Position numbers and translations under genes: made by a program. A model generated the notes under the pieces. The model made no database searches, had not been told where the DNA came from, and saw only the letters and a program-made list of their open reading frames with translations. Of a stretch of DNA of 60,609 bases, positions 15,785-22,905 are shown one piece after another (the stretch's first letter is position 1; every line of letters starts with the position of its first letter). Source of the stretch: a virus (Duplodnaviria; Caudoviricetes); the IMG/VR virus record IMGVR_UViG_3300027749_000121, positions 1 through 60,609 of that record. One strand, given 5' to 3'.

Positions 15785-17875
15785 ATGTTTCAAATAACTA
15801 GATTCGTGATGGAAGATTTCATTGACTCACTTGAGCAGACGATCTACATCGTATCCCTCAACAAGCGGTACATGGTGTACAACGCATCTCGTAGGCGTCT
15901 CGTCTGCTCAGATGTGCTGCACATGGATGCGGGTCTTGCACCTCTCGATCTGATTACGACAGGCAACCTGTGCGTGTGGACTCGTACCTCACGCTATCGT
16001 GTCAAGGGTGAGGGTGCTTTTGCGCCATCGCACATCACGTACAGATTAGCTGTTGTCGAGAGCCGTGATCGCTACGATATGCATCAGATGATGCGCAGGT
16101 TGTTGACACCCGCAAGCATTGCAGATATGCCGCGGTTTGATCGTAACCTGTTGTCTACTCGTGTCGATGCAGTCGTTGAGTCGTATGCCAAGAAGCACGA
16201 CCCCAGTGTAAACCAGTCACCGCCTATCCCAAGCGCTAAGTTCAAGGACTTCTGGTACTACGATCACAGCCGTGACTACTTCAAGATTGCTCGCAAGCAC
16301 TACTTAGACTTCGGACGGCTTGTTGCTCGTGCCAAGGCAGGCGATGAGTCCATCACCAACGATGAGCTTCGCACTGCGTTCTTTGAATTGTCTGGTCGTT
16401 ACAGCGATGCCTCTGACCATATCGAGAATGCGTTCAATGCTATCGAGGGCATGGGTGACATGGGCATTGTGCACTGCGACTGCGGTCACTACGAGGACGA
16501 GGGCAACACACACGAGGTGCGTAACGATACATGGTGCGACTCGTGCTACGACGATGACGCTGTGTATGTCGAGGATCTGGATGAGTACTGGCCTCGTGAC
16601 GATGCGTACTACTGCGATGGCGATGACTGCTACTACTCGTATGAGCGCAACGATGATGACGATGATGACGATGAAGACCCCGATGACACACCCATCATGT
16701 CGTACTCTACCAACGTGCTTCATGTGCTTGACTATCCATCGGGCATCACGTCTTCGCACTTCGGTGAGTTCACGATGGGCATCGAGCTTGAGATGACGTC
16801 TGGCGACAACGACTCTCAATCGTCTGCTGAGTCTGTGCGTAGCCGTTTGGGTTCCACATACTGCATCATCAAGAGTGACGGCTCGCTTCCATACAATGGC
16901 TTCGAGGTTGTGACTACACCGCAAGGTCTAGCCAAGCACATCGAGGTGTTCAAAGCGTGGGAGATTGACCCAGCCTATCGTGCATGGAACACAGGCAAGT
17001 GCGGTATGCACGTACACATTGACTCTCGTGCCTTCACGCAGTTGACTGTTGGCAAGTTCCTCATGTTCATCAACAGCAGTGGCAACGTCGACTTCATTCG
17101 CAAGATTGCAGGTCGCCATCCATCTGTCGATGACCAAGCCCGTAGCTACTGCGCCGCTGAGCATCAGTCCATACTTGCCAACCCCAAGACTGCGGTCAAG
17201 GGTAAGTCTGGTGAGCGCTATCGCATGGTCAATATGTGCAACCTCGGCAGTCGTGAGGCTAGGCGTCTGGGTCTTAGCATGGACAACAGCTACAACGGCA
17301 AGTACAACACTGTCGAGCTTCGCATCTTCCGTGCTTCGCTCAAGAAGGAACGTCTGCTTGCACAGATCGAGTTCACCCATGCCGCTGTCATGTTCTGCCG
17401 TGTCGCATCGTGGCGTGATCTCAACGGCACATCTTTCGTCAAGTGGCTCAAGACTGTGGCGGGTCAGTACCCTGCGCTGACTAAGTGGTATGGCGTGCGC
17501 AATGTACACACATCCACACCGACAGTCATAGCGCCAGCTATGGACACTTGCACTGACGCTGTGCCCCCTGCGCCTTGGCAACCCCACCATACGGAAGACA
17601 GGCATGACCGCGAGTACCCAGTGCACATACCCTACGACAACGAGGCTGAGACCTTGAGATCGTGGGTACGGCGTAACGATCTGTACTTCCGCTTCGCTAC
17701 CTACGCAGGCTCTGAGTATGCGTACTTCCCCTACGGGGGCGGTGACTTAGATCGCATCAGTGAGGATGATGTTGTCTATATGCGTGTCGGTGAACTGTGG
17801 GTTCTTATGAATGAGTCCTTCGCCGCCACGATGGCGCAGTGCTCGTACACAGTGTCTGAAGAGCAACCTGTTTAA
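15785..17875 (+). CDS. Putative amidoligase (COOH-NH2 ligase, glutamine-synthetase-like fold) with Cys-rich and poly-Asp region (start revised)
   Basis: GIELE, DGS, GFEVVT, CGMHVH, YRMVN, TVELR motifs; AAGGAG RBS before ATG 15785. Confidence 0.85.
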   Translation: MFQITRFVMEDFIDSLEQTIYIVSLNKRYMVYNASRRRLVCSDVLHMDAGLAPLDLITTGNLCVWTRTSRYRVKGEGAFAPSHITYRLAVVESRDRYDMHQMMRRLLTPASIADMPRFDRNLLSTRVDAVVESYAKKHDPSVNQSPPIPSAKFKDFWYYDHSRDYFKIARKHYLDFGRLVARAKAGDESITNDELRTAFFELSGRYSDASDHIENAFNAIEGMGDMGIVHCDCGHYEDEGNTHEVRNDTWCDSCYDDDAVYVEDLDEYWPRDDAYYCDGDDCYYSYERNDDDDDDDEDPDDTPIMSYSTNVLHVLDYPSGITSSHFGEFTMGIELEMTSGDNDSQSSAESVRSRLGSTYCIIKSDGSLPYNGFEVVTTPQGLAKHIEVFKAWEIDPAYRAWNTGKCGMHVHIDSRAFTQLTVGKFLMFINSSGNVDFIRKIAGRHPSVDDQARSYCAAEHQSILANPKTAVKGKSGERYRMVNMCNLGSREARRLGLSMDNSYNGKYNTVELRIFRASLKKERLLAQIEFTHAAVMFCRVASWRDLNGTSFVKWLKTVAGQYPALTKWYGVRNVHTSTPTVIAPAMDTCTDAVPPAPWQPHHTEDRHDREYPVHIPYDNEAETLRSWVRRNDLYFRFATYAGSEYAYFPYGGGDLDRISEDDVVYMRVGELWVLMNESFAATMAQCSYTVSEEQPV

Positions 17876-17891
17876 TTCAACAACAACCAAC

Positions 17892-17907
17892 GGGGAAAAC
17901 TTTCCCC
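17892..17907. repeat. GGGGAAANNTTTCCCC box 6
   Basis: GGGGAAAACTTTCCCC. Confidence 0.9.
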
Positions 17908-17933
17908 ATTCTTTTACATCAAGGAGTTTTATT

Positions 17934-19040
17934 ATGTGTCTAATTATTACTGGCAAGTCTTCCACAGTTCGTTCAACCCTGCTCAACACACACGGGCTAC
18001 TGAGCGACATCTTCACAGCCAACCCTGACGGCATTGGGTTCATGTATGGTTCAGCCAAGGGACTCAAGGTCACTAAGAACCTGCCCAAGAATCTTGGCGA
18101 TGCTACTGCATTCATTCAGCGTCTGCCGCAAGACGATCGTGAGATTGCCATCCACTTCCGCTGGACTACACACGGCAAGACTGACATGGTTAACTGCCAT
18201 CCGTATGATGTGATTCCTGGCTTCATCGCCATGATGCACAACGGCATCCTGCATACAGGCAATGCTGCTGACAAAGACAAGTCAGATACATGGCACTTCA
18301 TCAATGACTACTTGCACAGCGCTGTGTCTGCTTCACCAGACCTTGTGTATGACGCAGGCTTCGTTGCTATGCTGGAGGAGTTCATCGGCAACAATCGCTT
18401 CGTGTTCATGAATGGCGAGGGTCGTATGCAACACGTCAACTTCGATCAGGGTATCGAGCATGATGATATGTGGTTCAGCAATACCTATGCTTGGACTCCA
18501 TCACGCCTGATCCCTAGCTACAAGAGTGCGACACTCAAGTCGTACAAGTATGCCAGTAGCTATGGTAGCTACATGGACGACGAGTACGACGAGATGTATG
18601 ACTACAACGCAAGCTTCGGTATCAAGCCTCGCTTGGTCAGCGCACACAGCGCCAACTACGACGAGACAGCGTATGACTTTCCAGATGACGAGGATGGCTT
18701 CGTGCAGCCTACCCCTGACGACATTGCCGTTGCGCTGACTGAGGCTGACGTAGAGACTGTTGAAGTATGGCTTGACCAGATGCCTGCGTACACAATCACT
18801 ACGCTACTGCACTGCTACACGCCTTCGCCTCTTAGCTACACACATCGTGACGACTTGTGTTTTGCCGAGCAGGGTATCTACGATATGTTGATGGAGGGTG
18901 ATGCGTCTGGTCTTATCAGTTCAGTGACCAAGTCGTATGGCACAGTCGGCATCGTTGCCGAGGTGATGTGCTACTACCTGCAATGGGATGTGCGCACACC
19001 TGTGACATTCAAGCCAACCTTGCCTGCACTGTTGACTTGA
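17934..19040 (+). CDS. Class II (Ntn) glutamine amidotransferase with acidic C-terminal extension (start revised)
   Basis: N-terminal MC nucleophile, NPDGIG, HFRWTTHG, NCHPY, HNG, SDT. Confidence 0.9.
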   Translation: MCLIITGKSSTVRSTLLNTHGLLSDIFTANPDGIGFMYGSAKGLKVTKNLPKNLGDATAFIQRLPQDDREIAIHFRWTTHGKTDMVNCHPYDVIPGFIAMMHNGILHTGNAADKDKSDTWHFINDYLHSAVSASPDLVYDAGFVAMLEEFIGNNRFVFMNGEGRMQHVNFDQGIEHDDMWFSNTYAWTPSRLIPSYKSATLKSYKYASSYGSYMDDEYDEMYDYNASFGIKPRLVSAHSANYDETAYDFPDDEDGFVQPTPDDIAVALTEADVETVEVWLDQMPAYTITTLLHCYTPSPLSYTHRDDLCFAEQGIYDMLMEGDASGLISSVTKSYGTVGIVAEVMCYYLQWDVRTPVTFKPTLPALLT

Positions 19041-19046
19041 TTCGTA

Positions 19047-19070
19047 GTGGGGGCTTGCCCCCACATTTTT
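19047..19070 (+). terminator. Rho-independent terminator
   Basis: GTGGGGG-CTTG-CCCCCAC then ATTTTT. Confidence 0.7.
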
Positions 19071-19087
19071 AAACCAAGGAGAAGTAA

Positions 19088-19258
19088 ATGAAATACCGCG
19101 TACAAGTAGTTATGTCCTACTGGCAGACAGTAGAGGTCGAAGCCGACAACAGTACCGATGCTGCAAACAAGGCGTTCGATGAGTTTGATATTAAGAAAGC
19201 CCACGTTGGGGAAGGCGAGACTCACGCTATTGAGTTAATAGAAGGAGAATCAGAATGA
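19088..19258 (+). CDS. Small protein MKYRVQVVMSYWQTVEVEADN... (DpnD/PcfM-like), not in ORF track
   Basis: AAGGAG RBS; 56 aa; VEVEA..DA..KA pattern. Confidence 0.7.
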   Translation: MKYRVQVVMSYWQTVEVEADNSTDAANKAFDEFDIKKAHVGEGETHAIELIEGESE

Positions 19259-19347
19259 TGACACCATGGGAAAAACTAGAAAGAGTAGTACTTTTGTTAT
19301 CCGTGATTGTACTAATACTGGATCTTTTATACTGGAGACCCTATTGA
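19255..19347 (+). CDS. 30-aa single-TM peptide MMTPWEKLERVVLLLSVIVLILDLLYWRPY, not in ORF track
   Basis: AAGGAG RBS, ATGA coupling, hydrophobic helix. Confidence 0.65.
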   Translation: MMTPWEKLERVVLLLSVIVLILDLLYWRPY

Positions 19348-19373
19348 CTTCTGTCTACTCTTGGACAAATAAT
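19344..19373 (+). promoter_or_regulatory. Promoter TTGACT-N18-AATAAT with operator TGTCTACTCTTGGACA (19352-19367) in the spacer
   Basis: Seen in sequence. Confidence 0.55.
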
Positions 19374-19393
19374 ATCAACTCAAGGAGAAAATA

Positions 19394-19612
19394 ATGAACA
19401 GCCCACCCTACGATACAGGTAAGGTCAAGATAGGCTTGACTTACGCACCCCCACCCCCTGAATCTACGCCTGAATCCGACTGGATACAGGGCATATTGCT
19501 TGGCGACAAGCAGGGGATGGATGATCTACTACTCACCACAATACAGTCCCTCGGACTTATCGCTTTCATCGTTATCGTCATGCTACTAACAGGAGGAACC
19601 TCAAATGCCTGA
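19394..19612 (+). CDS. Small protein with C-terminal TM helix
   Basis: AAGGAG RBS; PYDTGKVKIG; hydrophobic C-terminus. Confidence 0.75.
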   Translation: MNSPPYDTGKVKIGLTYAPPPPESTPESDWIQGILLGDKQGMDDLLLTTIQSLGLIAFIVIVMLLTGGTSNA

Positions 19613-20276
19613 CATGCAAACCGCCCTCAAGACCGCACTTAGCACAACCTTACAGGAATGGGATGACGATGGGGAAAGTTTTCCCCATTCTCCTTCTGTT
19701 CAACCAGTGTCATCTTCTTTATCGCCACCAACTCAAGGAATTCCCATGACCAAGCAGCTCTTTCCAATTAAAAATAACATCACTCGCGTCACGTTTAACT
19801 ACATCCGAGACAACCCCGGATCCACACGCAAAGAGATCATCACTGCGCTTGAGCATCAGGACTACAACAGCGGATCAACTTCGTCGCTAATTTCGCAACT
19901 GCGTAAGAATGGTCTGGTGCACATGACCAACGATCTGTACTATGCGGATGCAGATGAGTACGCGCCACTCAAGAAAGTGAAACCTCTGAAAAGCAACGGA
20001 CTCAAACCCGCACGAGAGCCTTTTGCTAAGCGTAAGTACGAGAAGAAAGCCGTGACAGGCATCGGTGCGTTACTACGCGAGAAGCTGCAAGCCATGCCAG
20101 AGCCTAGCAAAGAAGCGCTGGATGCAGCTATGAGAGCGATGGAACCTGCGCATATACCCAACAGACGCTACACATCCCTCGTACGCACCAAGACGCCACA
20201 CGATATATTGCAGGACATGACTGTGTATCAGGCGCATGAGTTGTACGTTCACTTGAAACAGATGTTCGGGGGCTGA
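19605..20276 (+). CDS. Winged-helix DNA-binding protein (alternative in-frame start at 19746)
   Basis: FNYIRDNPGSTRKEII...SSLISQLRKNGLV. Confidence 0.7.
   Translation: MPDMQTALKTALSTTLQEWDDDGESFPHSPSVQPVSSSLSPPTQGIPMTKQLFPIKNNITRVTFNYIRDNPGSTRKEIITALEHQDYNSGSTSSLISQLRKNGLVHMTNDLYYADADEYAPLKKVKPLKSNGLKPAREPFAKRKYEKKAVTGIGALLREKLQAMPEPSKEALDAAMRAMEPAHIPNRRYTSLVRTKTPHDILQDMTVYQAHELYVHLKQMFGG
19671..19686. repeat. GGGGAAANNTTTCCCC box 7
   Basis: GGGGAAAGTTTTCCCC. Confidence 0.9.
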
Positions 20277-20277
20277 C

Positions 20278-20460
20278 ATGGATGAAGAAACAAGAGAGAT
20301 GGACTTGCAGTTGGCCGAGCTTGATGTAGAAGTCAAACGGCTACGCAGGATTGAGCAAGCCGCCCATGCTGTGATGAAAGCGTTTGGCAACAGCATTGAC
20401 TACAACACATGGGACAAGGCGCTTGATGCGCTTGAAACTGTACTCAAGGAGAAACCATGA
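20278..20460 (+). CDS. Hypothetical protein
   Basis: Tight operon packing. Confidence 0.65.
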   Translation: MDEETREMDLQLAELDVEVKRLRRIEQAAHAVMKAFGNSIDYNTWDKALDALETVLKEKP

Positions 20461-20612
20461 TCGAGTTAACTTGGGATGCTGAAAGCGGCGAAGGCGCTGT
20501 ACACATCAACAAAGACTTTGTGCTTGCGCACCGCATAGTTCAGTTGGATGCACTGACTGACTGGATCGCAGAACTTCAAGAACTTTATAACGCAATGCTG
20601 GAGAAGCCATGA
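20457..20612 (+). CDS. 51-aa hypothetical protein MIELTWDAESGEG..., not in ORF track
   Basis: AAGGAG RBS, ATGA overlaps at both ends. Confidence 0.7.
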   Translation: MIELTWDAESGEGAVHINKDFVLAHRIVQLDALTDWIAELQELYNAMLEKP

Positions 20613-20812
20613 CAGAAGCACAACTAAATGTATGGGAGAAAGCCTTGGGCTGGCGCAAGCGTCAGATGATTAAGGGGCAGATCACCAATGAAGTCACGCG
20701 CAAGATTCGCAACGATGCGCTTGAGGAAGTGGCGCGTGAGTTCGATGATATGAAAAACTCTGGTGACACCGCCCCAAGCTTCGCGGCATACGTGCGGGGC
20801 ATGAAAACATGA
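20609..20812 (+). CDS. Hypothetical protein
   Basis: RNDALEEVA...SFAAYVRGMK; coupled. Confidence 0.7.
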   Translation: MTEAQLNVWEKALGWRKRQMIKGQITNEVTRKIRNDALEEVAREFDDMKNSGDTAPSFAAYVRGMKT

Positions 20813-21039
20813 AAGGGAATTATGTTAAAGAGAACCTTGCTGCTTATTCGGTCACACGCGCACTTAACAAGTACCGTGCAACCCGAAAGAAGTTGTGTTG
20901 GAAATGCCAAAAAGACAAACCGCAATTCGGTGGTTGTGCCCAAGTGATGGATGGTTTTGGCGGTAACGTTCACAAGTTTATATGCGGAGACTGTATAGCT
21001 GCCAAAGAGAAAGAAAGGAGTCTGAAACTTGAAAAGTAA
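20809..21039 (+). CDS. Small zinc-ribbon protein
   Basis: CWKC...CGDC. Confidence 0.65.
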   Translation: MKGNYVKENLAAYSVTRALNKYRATRKKLCWKCQKDKPQFGGCAQVMDGFGGNVHKFICGDCIAAKEKERSLKLEK

Positions 21040-21340
21040 TCACAACATCATTCGTGAGCTACTCAAACGACACCCCGATGGTTTGAAGTCAAGCGATATA
21101 GCTAAGTTTACTGGCATAGACGTTCGCTCTGTCAACAAATCATTGGAGGGTGTGTTTGGTGTGTACGTTGATCGGTGGGAGTTAGCAACCCACCGCAATA
21201 CATTAGCCGCCGTTTGGGTTGTGGTCGATGTACCTGTAAACTGCCCAAAACCAGAAAACACAGGAAGAAGATCGCGTGAGCGAATACGCAACCCTGATGA
21301 CGCTATATTTTTAAACAAAAGGAGAGAGATCAATGACTAA
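21029..21340 (+). CDS. Winged-helix DNA-binding protein
   Basis: IRELLKRHPDGLKSSDIAKFTGIDVRSVNKSL; TTG start with AGGAG RBS. Confidence 0.7.
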   Translation: MKSNHNIIRELLKRHPDGLKSSDIAKFTGIDVRSVNKSLEGVFGVYVDRWELATHRNTLAAVWVVVDVPVNCPKPENTGRRSRERIRNPDDAIFLNKRREIND

Positions 21341-21575
21341 AGACATAGAAGAAACACGCGCAATGCAACAACGAATGGAGCAAGTTGAATTGACGGCAAA
21401 CAAACTACAAACCGTGTTGGTAGGCACAGAAAGTTATATAGGTATTGGCGCGTTGATTAGTTATTTAGGTCAAGTTGCGTACGACGCAAAAATGCCGCTT
21501 GACATGGTAGTAGCAGGGCTTATAACTGTTTTTGACGCGTGTGAAAAGAAAGATAAAGATGGCAGAAACACCTGA
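21333..21575 (+). CDS. Hypothetical protein
   Basis: AAGGAG RBS. Confidence 0.65.
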   Translation: MTKDIEETRAMQQRMEQVELTANKLQTVLVGTESYIGIGALISYLGQVAYDAKMPLDMVVAGLITVFDACEKKDKDGRNT

Positions 21576-21870
21576 ATGGAAAGTAAAGAAGGCGGTACGG
21601 CTGTTGCTTGACAGGCTAGGCGTGTACCACTTCATGCCCCCTGCTAACGGCTTTGGCCGCGCAGGGATACCCGACATCATTGGCTGTATGGATGGGCATT
21701 TCATCGCCATCGAGTGCAAAGCAGGCAAAAACAACACAACGCCACTGCAAGACAGGGAACTTAACATGATCCTCAACGCAGGCGGTACTGTGTTCATTGC
21801 CCGTGAGCACAACATACCAGACCTAGAACTATTACTGAAGGAGAAACAAAATGAACTACGTGGAACCTGA
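21559..21870 (+). CDS. VRR-NUC / Holliday junction resolvase-like nuclease (start revised)
   Basis: TPE, GIPD, IECK, LQ motifs. Confidence 0.88.
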   Translation: MAETPEWKVKKAVRLLLDRLGVYHFMPPANGFGRAGIPDIIGCMDGHFIAIECKAGKNNTTPLQDRELNMILNAGGTVFIAREHNIPDLELLLKEKQNELRGT

Positions 21871-22147
21871 CTTCGCAATGACAGACGAAGAGCTACACCG
21901 CAGAGTCGAGGCCATGTCAGACGATGAGCAAGAGCACTTCAGACTACTGATCCACAAGTTGGTGATGTGCTACGGCCAAGGCAAGGCGCAGGGCATTGTC
22001 ATCATTGGACGCGCTGAAGATCAATTAGCAGGAGTCGTCACCCTAAACTGTGACGAGATGGAGGCGTCGCAACTCATGTTGGCGGCAAACGATTTTTTCG
22101 GCTTTCTAAACGTCCTCGACGCACCACCCAAGGAGAATTTTAATTGA
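21851..22147 (+). CDS. Hypothetical protein
   Basis: AAGGAG RBS. Confidence 0.7.
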   Translation: MNYVEPDFAMTDEELHRRVEAMSDDEQEHFRLLIHKLVMCYGQGKAQGIVIIGRAEDQLAGVVTLNCDEMEASQLMLAANDFFGFLNVLDAPPKENFN

Positions 22148-22413
22148 CACAAGATGAAATCATTAAGATGGCTAGACAGGCGGGCTTTATTGACGCTGAT
22201 TGGAACATGTGGATGGTTCTTCCGCACCTTGAAGACTTTGCCAAGCTAGTAGCACAGCATGAGCGTGAGGCGTGTGCAGTGGCGGCGGAGAAAGAATCAC
22301 TGCGTGGGTTACCTGAAGAACAACCCGAGGGCGAAGCATTACTACGCGCCTGTGCGCAGATTGCGGGTGGGGTTCTTATTGCCGACGCCATCCGAGCAAG
22401 GGGACAAGCATGA
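22144..22413 (+). CDS. Hypothetical phage protein
   Basis: MARQAG...EREACA...ADAIRARG pattern common in proteobacterial phages. Confidence 0.7.
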   Translation: MTQDEIIKMARQAGFIDADWNMWMVLPHLEDFAKLVAQHEREACAVAAEKESLRGLPEEQPEGEALLRACAQIAGGVLIADAIRARGQA

Positions 22414-22637
22414 CTGACTGTCCAAACTGTGAGTACCACAGGAAACGAGCACAACTGTGGCGTGAGGAAGCCTACAAGCAAGCAGGGCATCCGTTGCCTG
22501 AGCGTGGTTGGGTAGGGCTGACGGATGGAGATATTGCCGAAATATATAACCAAAAAGATTGGGACATTCACACCAATTGGGATTATGAAAGAGCCATTGA
22601 AGCCAAACTCAAGGAGAAGAACCATGCTAGTCCGTAA
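22410..22637 (+). CDS. Hypothetical phage protein
   Basis: WVGLTD...AIEAKLKEKN pattern. Confidence 0.7.
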   Translation: MTDCPNCEYHRKRAQLWREEAYKQAGHPLPERGWVGLTDGDIAEIYNQKDWDIHTNWDYERAIEAKLKEKNHASP

Positions 22638-22905
22638 GGTCAGAGGCGAAGACAAGGTGGGCAAGATTACTTTGCTTGCGTCTGAAGTGGCAATGGTTCG
22701 AAAGATAGGCATACCGATCGAGAAGTATGTAACGGCAAGGCTTGTACAGATTGCCAAAGAACGCAGATGGAAGTGGTATTTCAACAAGAGAGAAGTTGTG
22801 CTTGGCTCTTATGGCGGGCATCACGATCGTGTTGGGTTTGTGTACAAAGACACAGGACTACCGCCTACACAGGCAGAGATAGATAACAAGGAGAAGAACA
22901 GTTGA
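22624..22905 (+). CDS. Hypothetical protein (start revised)
   Basis: AAGGAG RBS before ATG 22624. Confidence 0.6.
   Translation: MLVRKVRGEDKVGKITLLASEVAMVRKIGIPIEKYVTARLVQIAKERRWKWYFNKREVVLGSYGGHHDRVGFVYKDTGLPPTQAEIDNKEKNS

Noticed and set aside
16304-17626. Overlapping or antisense ORFs within the amidoligase gene
   Set aside because: Codon-bias shadows with low-complexity translations
12728-19686. Palindromic boxes as a CRISPR or TIGR-like guide array, or as integron attC sites
   Set aside because: Spacing is 470-2150 bp and contains whole genes; no Cas1/Cas2, Nop-domain protein or tyrosine integrase recognised
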